From the human T2T-CHM13v2.0 reference genome, Homo sapiens: DNA of 64,000 nucleotides. The notes under the pieces are model-generated. The model was not told where the DNA came from. It saw only the letters and a list, made by a program, of their open reading frames with translations, and did not search any database. How positions within the stretch are numbered: position 1 is the first letter of the stretch; the number at the start of each line of letters is the position of its first letter. Where the stretch lies: positions 6,432,001-6,496,000 of the forward strand of contig CP086569.2 in assembly GCA_009914755.4 (NCBI GenBank). The letters run 5' to 3'. The position numbers were made by a program, and so were the translations under genes. Positions 27,544 through 48,380 of the stretch are shown here, piece after piece.

Positions 27544-30500
27544 CTGTTTTCAAATATGCCTTGACATGAAGTTATTAGAAATAAAAAGACTTATTGGTTA
27601 TAACATGTGGTCTAGTAAAGTGAGATCTATAGTTGGAGCAGGTTTATTGAAAATTCAGTTGTATGACTTTTCCAGAAAGGGAGAAGTAGTCAAGTTGAGC
27701 TATAGTTACCTTACATATGAATCTTTTTGTTTTCTCTAACATTTTATTCAGTTCAGTATAATTGATAATAAAAATATTTAAGTACAATTATTGAGTTCAT
27801 AACACCGTATTTTAAATCATACTACCCTTAAAGTAATATTCCCTTATACCAAGCATTTTTGATACTTTGTTTACCTTTTGTTCTTTTATATGCCATGAGA
27901 TATTGGAAGGATTCCTTTATTCCATACAACACACGACTCATTGGTCTTCTTAAGGTCTTGAACTTCTTACTAAATATCACTAATTTCTATTTACAAAGTG
28001 ATTTCCTTCTAAGAAAGTTTTTTTAGAAACTTCATTTCTTCTCATTGTATAAATTTATAAAACTGATTAGTACACTTTCACTGTTAAAAAAAAAAAAGTT
28101 CAGCAGTTTTGGTAAAGCGAAAAAAAAAAAAGCCATTCCCAACTCTTGTGGTCAAACATTCCTTAGAATGCTATTTGATCTAGCATTTTCTTCAGACTTT
28201 TTTAATAATTGAAATTGTGGAAAGATTAAAACAATATTATAAATTGTTGCTGAATGTTTAAATGGATTTTCTCTGTTGAGAATATGTTTTCAATATTATT
28301 TCCTTTTCTTTTTTTCTGCTCCTGAAAGTTTGATTTTCATCGTAAAACAAAGTTGGTACACCAACTAGGACTTAGTTGGCAGTATGAAGAAGCAAGAAAG
28401 AGGTAAGACAGCCCATTTCAAAAATAATTCCTTCTGCTTACCTGCTTTTTCCAATAGAGAGAAATTTAACATAATTTATTTTGCTAGTGATATTAAAACT
28501 CTACCTGAAGATGGCTGTTTCCATGCCTTAACAGAAAATAACTTGTCATAAATTCTGCTTTTGCCCCTAAATAATCTTTATTTTTTAAAATCATATTATG
28601 TTTGTAGTGATCATCACTATGCTTCTTCCAGTTTTCTTTTGTAAACTTTCTCTTTTTGATTATATCTGTTTTTCCAAGGTATATTTAACAGAATAATAGA
28701 ACATTACCTCCCTAAAAACATAATTAATATAGTTGTCAATCTTGGTACTACTGACATTTGTAGTATATTTGTATTGTGGGGAACTGTTTCATGCACTATG
28801 GGATGTTTAGCAGTTACCCTGGTCTCTACATACTAAATGCCAGTAGCTTTCCTTCTCCCAAAAATGCATCCATGCATCGTCTCATGAAATGGGGCATAAA
28901 ATTGTTTCTAGTTGAGAACCATTGCTTTAAAACCATTTGATACGTTATTAGACATAATTATTTTTAATTATTTTTAAAATTTTGCCTTAACATTTTCTTA
29001 ATTACTCATCTATGTCTGACATTGTGAACATATTGCTACTATAAGGTTATATGTCAAATTTAATAACCTTAGCAAAGCACTCATAAAATGCATTAAAACA
29101 TCAATTTTTCAGGAGCTGTTGCTGAAACTCATACTGGTAGAATATACAAAAAAGCTCTTACAATAAAGACAGCTTTAAAAACCTTTGCCTGAACTTTAAA
29201 ACTTTTAAAAATGAAGTTTATTACTTTTGGAAAATTAAAAGTAGTAATACATATTCTTAGAATATTGGGGAAATCAGAAGCAAAAGAAAAAAATTGTAAA
29301 ATGTCACCTGCATTCTCAACAACCAAAAAGGCCATGGTTAATGTTTAGTGCATTTTTTCCCTCCTTTTAAGACTTAAAAATTACACTTCTCAGGCAATAT
29401 TCTGGTTTCTTTTTTCAATGCAGATCCCCAAGCATTCTTAGGTACGGTGAGTCTATTATCTTATGGCACTGGAACATTCCACTTGTGGAGAGTATGTTTA
29501 TAATTCATACTAAAAATCTACTATGTGTCAATACTGTCTTCGGGGCTGGAGTTCAGGGATGACAGTTTGCAGTCTCTTCTTCATAAGCTTTGTAAATCTA
29601 CAGTCTGTTGTTTCATTGCTGGCATTTTGGTAACCAATTAAGATTGCTGTTCCAAGCAGGCAGTGGATTCATTTTGTAGAGAGGTGCATCACTTTCTTGC
29701 TGGTTCTTTCATTCAACTGCCTTTGGCCTGTTTCTAAACTTTGTTTTACAAAGTGTGAAGCATTTATATTAAATCTTTTTTATAGAGTTTCAAACTGGCC
29801 ATGTATTTTGATAGTAAAACATATACATGCAGATGGATGTTTCCTCTTCTGAGGAGAACAATACTTTCCCTTTTGGAGTAGCAAGGGTTACAGCTCAGAT
29901 CTCCATTTCTGACCCTAGGTAAGTGGCAGACAGAACCTGATACACTGACATTTACTACATCTACTCATTCTTTCATTCATGTGTGTATTTGGCAAACACC
30001 TGTTTTATGTCCACTGAGTGCTTGTCATTGTCCAGCAGTGGGAGTGTACTGGTAAGCAACAAACAGTTCATTGAGCTAGTAGCTGTTAGCAGTAAGTTTA
30101 GAAGAGATATAACCTTATTTTTTATTGTAGCAAGTGGACAAAGTGTTCACTAAGTTGTATTTGGTTGTATAAAGGTTTAAATTAATTTGAGTAATCAGTT
30201 CCATTTTGGGGTTTGTTGCTTCATCCAAGCTTGACATTTATTGTGGTTATTGAAATAGAATTCCTGTTATATGTGAATTTTAGAGTCAGTCAGTCTATGA
30301 AACTGAGCCTAAAGTGTATGTTGACTGTCCCCTCTGATCTGCCATGTCTTCTTACCTTACCGCTTAAAAATTAAACCATCTTCATTTAAGAAAGACATAC
30401 ATGGTGTATATCATGCAGGATCTAACTTTGAAAACATGTTGCCTTCTGTATATGGCTGAATCACATCTCATTGGATATGGTAAAATTTAACTGACCTACA

Positions 30501-31389
30501 TAATATGCAGGTATTTGCCCAGCATGCTATCTGTTCCCCTGAACCAAAAGATTAAAATTCCAACATAAGGAATCTAATCTTGGAAAAATATCTTGATACT
30601 GATGAATTTAATTTACATACGACTTAAAGTAATTTGAGTTTCTAGCACTGCATTGAGCTGTATTTCTAATGAGTTTATGCTGACCCTCTTTGTATCACCT
30701 TTCCTCTGGAGACAGAAATAGTCTGGTTGTTAGTATAACAATGGTACTTTCCTTGAGAAATTCACAAAGACAGTCTAAGAAGGGGAAAATCCACCTTTTC
30801 TAGGCCTATTTCATTGGTTCCAATTGTCATATTTGAGATTAAGCTGCATTTCTATGCTGTTTGCCTGGGCTCATCATATTAATTTCTTGTTCCTTTCAAG
30901 ATTCATAATGCCATATGGGCCTGTTATAAGTTAGTGTGTAAAAAGAAAAACAATTTATTAAAGTCATTGGGCAGCTAAGTGACTTTCTTGTCATGTCAAC
31001 CTCCAGCCCATGATGAAGTAAAGGAACATAAGAAAACCAGAGTGGAGGACCCTGGGCTGTTTGGAGTCAAGCAGAGAAGCAGTGAATGTCCCCAAAGGGG
31101 CTATCTTGGTCTGGCCTATCTTGCCAGACTTTAAAGTAAAACTTATTCTTAAACTAAGAATGCTTTCCATTATTAAAATATTAGGACATTTCCATAAGCT
31201 TGGGGTCTTTATTTAGTTACTTAGCATCGTTAACTCAACCAGAAATATCTTATAACCTAGAGAGCCCATAGAATGTAAGCAGGCTTAGATTTATCCAGCT
31301 GTTAATCAAGATGGAGTCACTCTGGTTAGGATGCCTCTGACACTAAGAGATGTGATGACCCCATGCCATTATCTCCAACAAAATATCAA

Positions 31390-31750
31390 AGTCTGTTTCC
31401 ATGATTATAACAAAATACTACAGACTGGGTGGCTTTTGAACAACAGAAATGTATTTCTCATAGTTCTCCATACACTGGGAGTCCAAGATCAAGATACCAA
31501 CAGATTCTGTCTTATGATGACTTTTTTTTATCTGTTTTACAGATGGCACCTTCTTTCTGTGTATCCACATGGTAAACGGCAAATGATCACCCTGAGGCCT
31601 GTTTCATAAGGACAAGAATTCTATTAATGAGATCTTCACAGTCATGAACTAATTCCCTCCCATGGATCCCACCTCTCCATACCAATGCCTTGGAGTTGAG
31701 AGTTCCAATGTATGAAATTTGGGGGAAAAAACCATTCAGTCTATAGCACA
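31390..31750 (-). mobile_element. MaLR LTR, MLT1-type (solo LTR)
   Basis: Antisense of the MLT1 consensus: ataacaaaatactacagactgggtggcttttgaacaacagaaatgtatttctcatagttctccatacactgggagtccaagatcaagata ... atgtatgaaatttgggggaaaaaaccattcagtctatagca. Confidence 0.7.
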
Positions 31751-34177
31751 GCAATATATGTTTGCTTTGTTTTATTGTGAATCAGGAAACTAAAAATACA
31801 AAGAATACGCAATAGAGCCAAAGTCTGTAACATACTGTTACAAATATACATACTGTTTGTTTTGGTTTGGAGGCATGTCTGAAGATCACATGGAAGGAAG
31901 GGTTAGCTCAGTCACGGTAGCTTGAAACCAATATTGCCTGCCTATTTCTTCCTTCATAGCCTGTGCATGGGAGGTGAGTATGTTTGTGGACATTGTCATT
32001 GAATATAGTTTAGGCCTTTATTGAATCCAGAGGCTTAATTCTTTAATGTAGTTTTCATTTCCAGAGCCAGCAGAATCTAATTTAACCCAGTGATTCTCAA
32101 ATGAGGCAACACTAGGCAATGTCTGGAGGCAGTTTTTGATGTCACAATGGAATGTGGTGCTACCGACATCTAGTGGATAGAGGCCGAGGATGCCACTGAA
32201 CATCCTACAATTCAGAGTGGTCCCTGCAACAGATAATTATCTGGTCCCTAATGTCAATAATGCCGAAGATAATAAGCCCTGTGTTGGATGTTCATAAATA
32301 ACCAAATGAACAGTTCTATTTATTCTGCTTTATTTATGTCCTCCTGGTAACAGGGGAACAGGACACTGCAGGGGTTAAATTTGCAAATACACCAGTAAAA
32401 CTCCGAAGTATCAGGATCAGTGTTCTTCTAAACTCTGACTTCAGCTAGAGTGGTATCTTGAACATGGGAGGTGCAATAAATTGGGAACAAATAAACGTGT
32501 TTCTGTGTTTGAGGCTACCTTTCATTTCTGCTGGTTAGGTTTAAAGAAACTTGGTGGTTTCTCACACTTCAGCATGCAACAGAATTTCCCAGAGGATTAA
32601 ACTTCCAGGTTAAACCCAGTTTTCTGGGGCCTAATGCAGAGCTACTGATCCCTGAAGTATGGGATGTGACCCAAAAATGTGCATTTATAATAAGCTCCCA
32701 GGTGATGACACTGTTGCTGGCTTGGGAACTACAACTTGAGAACCACTGAAGTCAATTTATGCTTCAGTCTTGAGGAGATGGCATTAATGACATTGTGATC
32801 ATCCCTGCTTTCTAAGTGTATAGCTGTTTCCCCTTTCCTTTAAAATAGTAAGGCAGTATCAGTTTTTACTGAAATTTCCAGTTAATGCATACCTGTTCTT
32901 GGCAGGAAGGAGGGGCTCAGGTTCTGTTGATAACCAAACAGTAGAGAGTTCTTCAGCTTTAAATGCTCTCTGTTTTTTACTTAAAAGGTTAGACTGGAAT
33001 ATTTCCCCCTTCAAATAAAGCAATTCTGCCCTTAACACCCACTCACATCACAGAGCCCCCATGAGGTCTTCCTGTGAAGATCTGGGTGCTGAAATTGGCT
33101 CCAAATGTTCTTCAAGAAGTGAAATCACACATGCTCTCTTGCTCTACATCTTTTAAACAAACACAGATGCTGCTGCATTAGTTCTAGCAAGGGATCCCTT
33201 TCTGCAGAGCGTTTCATCTCCTTTGGCTTCCTGCCAGGGCAGATGCATCTTTGGCCAGCTCTCATGATTCATGTGCTCACTGGCCATGCACCTTCCCTGC
33301 TCAGGATGGTCACAAGCCTGAGCTCCACTCATTGGCCTGGATCAGCTGCAGCATTTCTCAGACCTAGGTTTCAAGTCCATCAGGAAACTGGACCAGGAAC
33401 CAGAATGCTGCAACCTAGAAGTCTCCAGTGGCTAATAATGAATTTGGGTGAGATTTTCCCTATGCAGTTTCTGTTCACAGGTAAAAGGAAAGGTGGGTAA
33501 GGGAGAAGGCATCAGATTTTTCCCAAGCCCTGCCAGGTGGTCCTCTAATAAGAGTCTGGACAGGGTAGCTTTTGCAGAAGGGCCCAGTTGCTTGAATTTA
33601 TAATTCACTGGATTCCCTTTAATTGCTACTCAAAGGGGCTGCAAGTTCAGACACTTCATTAAAAACATTATTTTTTTCAGTTTACATCACTAGAACCCTG
33701 CCAGATGAGAAGTTGACTTCTTCTGGGTTGATGTTTATCTGAGTTTTGTTATAATTACTGTCACAATTATTATGAAAATTATAATTATTATACACAATTC
33801 TTATTACAACCCAGGGCATAATATACAAACATATGGAAGGCAGCTTCAAATTTGTATTCCCACAGTGTGATCTTAACCAGTTTAATTTATAGATGTGCAG
33901 CCACAGAACTTCTAACAGAAAGAGATCAGGTCTATTTTAGGCAGTTACCTTATCTTGTGATACTTTCTCCAAGGTAAAAATAAGAAAGCAAAAACAGGAA
34001 GATTTTTTTGGCTGGGGGTAAAGGGTAAAGATGATGTTACGGTAGATTCATCCCTGTAGAAAACTTGCAATCTCTCTCTACATTTTTTTTCAAAACAATG
34101 TAGAAATGATCAACATGTAACTGAGAATCTAAATTGACTGACTAGAGAGGGTTAAAAAGGGAATCAACAGTGGTCCA

Positions 34178-36478
34178 TTCTAAGATGGCTGAATAGGAAT
34201 AGCTCCAGTCTGCAGCTCCCAGTGTGATCGATGCAGAAGATGGGTGATTTTGGCATTCCCAACAGAGGTACCTGGTTCATCTCCTTGGAACTGGTTGGAC
34301 AGTGGGTGCAGCTCACAGAGGGTGAGCCAAAGCAGGGCAAGGCATCATCTCATGTGGGAAGCACAGGGGTTGGGGGATTTCCCTTTCCTAGCCACAGGAA
34401 GCCATGACAGACTGTACCTGAAGAAACAGAACACTCCTGCCCAAATACTGCACTTTTCAATGGTTTTAGCAACTGGGAGACCAGGAGATTCCCTCCCATG
34501 CTTGGCTTGGTGGGTCCCACACCCAGGGAGCCTTGCTAACTGCTAGTGCAGCAGCCTGAGATTGACCTGCAAGGCTCCAGCCTGGCTGGGAGAGGGGCAT
34601 CTGCCATTGCTGAGGCTTAAGTAGGTAAACAAAGTGGCCAGGAAGCTTAAACTGAGTGGAGCCCACCGCAGCTCAGCAAGGCCTACTGCCTCTATAGATT
34701 CCACCTCTGTGGACAAGGCATAGCTGAACAAAATGCAGCAGAAACTTCTGCAGACTTAAACATCCCTCTCTGACAGCTTGAAGAGAGCAGTGGTTCTCCC
34801 AGCATGGCGTTTGAGCTCTGAGAACAAAGAGACTGCCTCCTCAAGGAGGTTCCTGAAACCCATATAGCCTAAATGGGAGACATCTCCCAGTAAGGGCCGA
34901 TGGACACCTCATACAGGTGGGTACCCCTCTGGGATAAAGCTTCCAGAGGAAGGATCAGCAATATTTGCTGTTCTGCAGCCTCTGATGGTGATACTGAGGC
35001 AAACAGGGTGTGGAGTGGACCTCCAGCAAACTCCAACAGACCTGCAGCTGAGGGACCTGATAGTTAAAAGAAAAACTAACAAACAGAAAGGAATAGCATC
35101 AACATCAACAAAAAGGACATCTACACCAAAACTCCATCTGTAGGTCACCAACATCAAAGACCAAAGATAGGTAAAACCACAAAGTTGGGCAGAAACCAGA
35201 GCAGAAAGGCTGAAAATTCTAAAAACCAGAGTGCCTCTTCTCCTCCAAAGGAACACGACTCCTCATCAGCAAGGGAACAAAGCTAAACAGAGAATGATTT
35301 TGACAAGTTGACAGAAGTAGGATTCAGAAGGTTGGTAATAACAACCTCTCCAAGCTAAAGGAGCATGTTCTAATCCATCACAAGGAAGCTAAAAACCCTG
35401 AAAAAAAGGTTAGATGAATGGCTAATGAGAATAAAAAGTGTAGAGAAGACCTTAAGTAACCTGATGGAGCTGAAAACTGGCATGAGAACTTCATGACACA
35501 TGCACAAGCTTCAACAGCAGATTCAATCAAGTGGAAGAAAGGGTATCAGTGATTGAAGATCAAATTAATGAAATAAAGCAAGAAGACAAGTTTACAGAAA
35601 AAAAAAAGAGTTGAAAAGAAGTGAACGGAGCCTCCAAGAATTATGGGACTATGTGAAAAGACCAAATCTGAATCTAATTGGTGTGTACATGAAACCGATG
35701 AAGAGAATGGAACCAAGTTGGAAAACACTCTTCAGGATATTATCCAGGAGAACTTCCCCAACCTGGCAATGCAGGCCAACATTCAAATTCAGGAAATGCA
35801 GAGAACACCACAAAGATTCTCCTCAAGAAGAGCAACCCCAAGACACATAATTGTCAGATTCACGAGGTTGAAATAAAGGAAAAAATGTTAAGTGCAGCCA
35901 GAGAGAGAGGTCAGGTAACCCACAAAGGGAAGCCCATCACACTAACAGTGGATCTCTTGGCAGAAACCCTACAAGCCAGAACAGAGTTGGGGCCAATATT
36001 CAACATCCTTAAAGAAAAGAATTTTTAACCCAGAATTTCATATCCAGCCAAACAAAACTTCATAAGCGAAGAAGCTATAACATCTTTTACAGACAAGCAA
36101 ATGCAGAGAGATTTTGTCATCACCAGGACTGCCTTACAAGAGCCCCTGAAGGAAGCACTAACTATGGAAAGGAACAACTGGTACCAGCCACTGCAAAAGC
36201 ATGGCAAATTGTAAAGACCATCAATGCTATGAAAAAACTGCAACAATTAAAGGGGCAAAATAACCAACTAACATCATAATGACAAGGTCAAATTCACACA
36301 TAACAATATTAATCTTAAATGTAAATGGGCTAAATGCCCCAATTAAAAGGCACAGATTGGCAAATTGGATAGAGTTAAGGCCCATCTGTGTGCTGTATTC
36401 AGGAGACCCATCTCACATGCAGAGACACACAAAGGCTCAAAATAAAGGCATGGAGGAAGATCTTAAAAGCAAATGGAA

Positions 36479-36519
<41 letters not shown>

Positions 36520-39500
36520 AAGGGATGCAATCCTAGTTTCTGATAAAACAGACTTTAAACCAACAAAGATCAAAAGAGACAAGGCCATTATATAATGTTA
36601 AAGGGATCAATTCAACAAGAAGAGCTAATTATCCTAAATATATATGCACCCAATACAGGAGCACCCAGATTCATAAAACAAGTCCTTAGAGACTTACAAA
36701 GAGAGTTAGACTCCCACACAATAGTAGTGGGAGACTTTAACACCCCACTGTCAATATTAGACAGATCAACGAGACAGTATGTTAACAAGGATATCCAGGA
36801 ATTGAACTCAGCTCTGCACCAAGTGGACCTAATAGAATCTACAGAACTCTCCACCCCAAATCTATACAATATACATTTTTAGCACCACATCATACTTATT
36901 TTAAAATTGACCACATAGTTGGAAGTAAAGCACTCCTCAGCAAATGTAAAAGAATAGAAATCACAACAAACTGTCTCCCATACCACAGTGCAATCAAATT
37001 AGAACTCAGGATTAAGAAACTCACTCAAAACCACACAACTACATGGAAACAAACAACCTGCTCCTGAGTAACTACTGGGTAAATAACGAAATGAGGGCAG
37101 AAATAAAGATGATCTTTGAAACCAATGAGAACAAAGACACAAGGTACCAGAATCTCTGGGACACATTTAAAGCATTGTGTAGACAGAAATTTATAGCATT
37201 AAATGCCCACAAGAGAAAGCAGAAAAGATCTAAAATTGATACCCTAACATCACAATTAAAAGAACTAAAGAAACATGAGTAAATAAATTCAAAAGCTAGC
37301 TGAAGACAAGATATAACTAAAATCAGAGCAGAACTGAAGGAGATAGAGACATAAAAAACCCTTCAAAAAAAATTAATGAATCCAGGAGCTGGTATTTTGG
37401 TTTTTTGAAAAGTTAAACAAAGTTGGTAGATCATTAGCAAGACTAATAATAAAGGAAAGAGAGAAGAATCAAATAGACGCAGTAAAAAATGATAAAGGGG
37501 ATAGGACCACTGTTCCCACAGAAATACAAACTACCATCAGAGGATACTATAAACACCTTTACGCAAATAAACTAGAAAATCTAGAAGAAATGGATAAATT
37601 CCTGGACACATAGACACTCCCAAGACTAAAACAGGAAGAAACTGAATCTCTGAATAGACCAACAACAGGCTCTGAAATTGAGGCAATAATTAATAGCCTA
37701 CCAACCAAAAAAAGTCCAGGACCAGATGGATTCACAGCTGAATTCTACCAGTGGTACTAAGAAGAACTGGTACCATTTTCTGAAAGTATTCCAATCTATA
37801 GAAAAAAAGAGAATTCTCCCTGACTGATTTTATGATGCCATAATCATCCTGATACCAAAGCCTGGCAAAGACACAACAAAAAAAAGAGAATTTTAGACTA
37901 ATATCCCTGATGAACATCAATGTGAAATACTCAATAAAATAGTTGCAAACCAAATCCAGCAGCACATCAAAAAGCTTATCCACCATGACCAATTCAGCTT
38001 CATCCCTGGGAGGCAAGGCTTGTTCAACATATGCAAATCAATAAACATAATCCAACACATAAAAAGAACCAACAACAAAAAACACATGATCATCTCAATA
38101 GATGCAGAAAAGGCCTTTGACAAAATTCAACAACACTTCATGCTAAAAACTCTCAATAAATTCTGTATTGATGGAACGTATCTCCAAATAATAAGAGCTA
38201 TCTATGACAAACCCACAGCCAATATCATACTGAATGGGCAAAAACTGGAAGCATTCCCTTTGAAAACTGGCACAAGACAGGGATGCCCTCTCTCACCAGT
38301 CCTATTCAACATAGTGTTGGAAGTTCTGGCCAGGGCAATCAGGCAGGAGAAGGAAATAAAGGGTATTCAATTAGAAAAAGAGGAAGTCAAATTGTCCCTC
38401 TTTGTAGATGACATGATTGTATATTTAGAAAACCCCATCATCTCAGCCCAAAATTGCCTTAAGCTGATAAGCAACTTCAGCAAAGTCTCAGGATACAAAA
38501 TTAATGTGCAAAACTCACAAGCATTCCTATGCACCAATAACAGACAAACAGAGAGCCAAATTATGAGTGAACTCCCAATCACAATTGCTTCAAACAGAAT
38601 AAAATACATAGGAATCCAACTTACAAGGATGTGAAAGACCTCTTCAAGGAGAACTACAAACCACTGTTCAGCAAAATAAACGAGGACACAAACAAATGGA
38701 AGAACATTCCATGCTCATGGATAGGAAGAATCAATATTGTGAAAATATTTATACTGCCCAAGGTAATTTATAGATCCAGTGTCATCTCCATCAAGCTACC
38801 AATGACTTTCTTCACAGAATTGGAAAAAAACTACTTTAAAGTCCATCCGGTGTCAAAAAAGAGCCTAGATAGCCAAGACAATCCTAAGCAAAAAGAACAA
38901 AGCTGGAGGCATCATGCTACCTGACTTCAATCTATACTAAAAGTCTACAGTTACCAAAACACCATGGTACTGGTACCAAACCAGATATATAGACCAAATG
39001 GAACAGAACAGAGGCCTCTGAAATAACACTATACATCTACAACCATCTGATCTTTGACAAACCCTACAAAAACAAGAAATGGGAAAGGATTCCCTCTTTA
39101 ATAAATGATGCTGGGAAAACTGGCTAGCCATATGTAGAAAGCTGAAACTGGACCCCTTCCTTACACCTTATACAAAAATTAATTCAAGATGGATTAAAGA
39201 CTTAAATGTTAGACCTAAAACCATTAAAACCCTAGAAGAAAACTTAGGCAATAACATTCAGGACATAGGCATGGGCAAGAACTTCATGACTAAAACACCG
39301 AAAGCAATGGCAACAAAAGCCACAATTGACAAATAAGATCTAATTAAACTAAAGAGCTTCTGCATGGCAAAAGAAACTACCATCAGAGTGAGCAGGCCAC
39401 CTACAGAATGGGAGAAAATTTTTGCAATATACCCATCTGACAAAGGGCTAATATCCAGAATCTACAAAGAACTTAAATAAATTTACGAGAAAAAAACAAA

Positions 39501-40370
39501 CAACACCATCAAAAAATGGGCAAAGGATATGAACAGACACTTCTCAAAAGAATACTTTATTGCAGCCAACAGACACATGAAAAAATGCTCATCATCACAG
39601 GTCATCGAGAAATGCAAATCAAAATCAAAATGAGATATGATCTCATGCCAGTTAGAATAGTGATCATTAAAAAGTCAGGAAACAACAGATACTGGAGAGG
39701 ATGTGGAGAAATAGGAACAGGGAGGGAGTGTAAATTAGTTCAACCATTGTATAAGACAGTGTGGCAATTCCTCAAGGATCTAAAACTAGAAATACCATTT
39801 GGCCCACTGATCCCAATACTGGGTATATATGCAAAGGATTATAAATTATGCCACTATAAAGACACATGCACATGTATATTTATTGCGGCACTATTCACAA
39901 TAGCAAAGACTTGGAACCAACCCAAATGTCCACCAATGATAGACTGGATTAAGAAAATGTGGCACATATACACCATGGAATACTATGCAGACTTAAAAAA
40001 GGATGAGTTCATGTCCTTTGTAGGGACATGGATGAAGTCGGAAACCATCATTCTCAGCGAACTATCACAAGGACGGAAAACCAAACACCACATGTTCTCA
40101 CTAATAGGTGGGAATTGAACAATGGCACAGGGTGGAGAACATCACACACTTGTGTCTGTCGGGAGGTGGGCACTAGTAGAGGGACAGCATTAGGTGAAAT
40201 ACGTAACGTAAATGATTAGTTGATGCATGCAGCAAACCAACGTGGCACATGTATACCTACATAACAAATCTTCACGTTGTGCACATGTACCCTAGAACTT
40301 AAAGTAAACATATAATATATATAAACATCAAAATATGTATATAAAATATATATATATATAACATATATAT
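34178..40370 (+). mobile_element. Near-full-length L1 LINE (L1PA-type; 5'UTR, ORF1, ORF2, 3'UTR), non-functional
   Basis: The 5' end agatggctgaataggaatagctccagtctgcagctcccagtgtgatcgatgcagaagatgg matches the L1PA 5'UTR start. ORF1 remnants lie at 35611-35876 (LQELWDYVKRPNL..., ENGTKLENTLQDIIQENFPNLA). ORF2 starts at 36279 (MTRSNSHITILILNVNGLNAPIKRHRLANWI) and runs through RT (ORF 38020-38634) to the C-terminus ending ...MFSLIGGN at 40118. Several stops and frameshifts are present, for example tagacactcc where tacactctcc is expected. The 3'UTR ends in a TA-rich tail. Confidence 0.92.
36482..36518 (+). repeat. (A)37 mononucleotide tract inside the L1 ORF2 endonuclease region
   Basis: A pure A run replaces the L1 segment encoding ...KQKKAGVAILVSDK (ggaaagcaaaaa...aaacaagggatgcaatcctag). 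Confidence 0.95.
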
Positions 40371-40375
40371 AAAAA

Positions 40376-41190
40376 CATCAAAAACTGGCCAAAGGATTTG
40401 AACAGACACTTCTCAAAAGAAGACATTTATGTGGCCAAGAAACAAATAAAAAAAAAAGCTCATCATCACTCGCCATTAGAGAAATGCAAATAAAACCACA
40501 ATGAGATATGATCTCATGCCAGTTACAATGGTTGGTGATCATTAAAAAGTCAGGAAACAACACATAGGAATGCTTTTACACTGTTGGGAAAGAGTAAATT
40601 AGTTCAGCCACTGTGGAAGACTGTGTGGCGATTCCTCAAGGATCTAGAATCTGAAATACCATTTGATCCAGCAATCCCATTACTGGGTATACAGCCAAAG
40701 AACTGTAAATCCTTGTACTATAAACAAACATGCACATGTATGTTGATTCATAATAACAAAGACTTGTAACTAACCCAAATGCCCTTTATGATAGACTGGT
40801 TAAAGAAATTGTAGTACATATACACCATGGAATACTATGCAGCCATAAAAAAGGATGAGTTCATGTCCTTTACAGTGACATGGATGCAGCTGGAAACCAT
40901 CGTTATCAGCAAACTCACACAGGAACAGAAAACCAAATACCACATGTTATTGCTCTTAAGTGGGAGTTGAGCAATAAGAACACATGGACACGGTGGGGGA
41001 ACATCAGACCCTGGGGCCTGTTGGAACTTGGGGGCATAGGGGAGGGATCCATTAAGAGAAATACCTAATGTAGATGATGGGTTGATGGGTGCAGCAAACC
41101 ACCATGTCACTTATATACCTATGTAACAAACCTGCACATTCTGCACATGTATCCCAGCACTTAAAGTATAATTTAAAAAAAAATGAATTT
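40376..41190 (+). mobile_element. 5'-truncated L1 3' fragment (ORF2 C-terminus plus 3'UTR), more diverged, directly abutting the preceding L1
   Basis: It starts at aactggccaaaggatttgaacagacacttctcaaaagaagacatttatg ([16 protein letters not shown]). ORF 40584-40769(+) reads KLVQPLWKTVWRFLKDLESEIPFDPAIPLLGI. It ends ...ctgcacatgtatcccagcacttaaagtataatttaaaaaaaaa. Confidence 0.8.
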
Positions 41191-41739
41191 TTGTGCCAAA
41201 AAAAAGGGGGGGACTAAACAAAATAAAGTGAAGGCCCTTGTTTTGTACTAGATATAGTCCAATTTAAGTGGCTTTACTTAAGTTAGACTTTCTAGCGGGG
41301 TCTGTGGTGGTCTAGTCTTTTAAGTAGAAAATGTGAAAGAGTGTTTTAAATGTAGGCACAGTCCAATATTTTCTTATCACTCACCCCGAGCCCTTTCATC
41401 TTATCAAGAATACCTAAGGATGTTTCACTTGTGTAGACTGAACTTACCCATTGAGGCTTCTCTTGAGATTACAAGCTTTTTTAGTGATACATCACTAACA
41501 CATATACATATATATATATAACATAGATACATAAATATAATGCTATCCCAATAACAATTCCTTTTGACTTAAAAAGACAATCAAAATCCAAACATATGCA
41601 ATGCTACTTTTAAAATTTATTAAAATTGTATGTATTTATAATGCCAACATGATATTTTCATGTATGTACATATTATGGAATGGTTAAGTCAGGCTCATGA
41701 CATTTGCATCACTTCACATGCTTATCATTTTCAGGGGAG

Positions 41740-48380
<6,641 letters not shown>

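Noticed and set aside
29411-29433. Micro-exon-like segment with a strong acceptor (ttctttttttcaatgcag) and a GT donor
   Set aside because: It is only 18-23 nt and contains an in-frame stop in one frame, with no supporting context. It is probably a chance juxtaposition of splice-like motifs.
36279-40118. L1 ORF2 as a possibly intact reverse-transcriptase / endonuclease gene
   Set aside because: The ORF track shows it broken into many short frames (36279-36536, 36595-36882, 37043-37282, 38020-38634, 39516-40118) with stops, for example a TAG within the YTLPRL segment, and the A37 insertion. It is a decayed retrotransposon copy.
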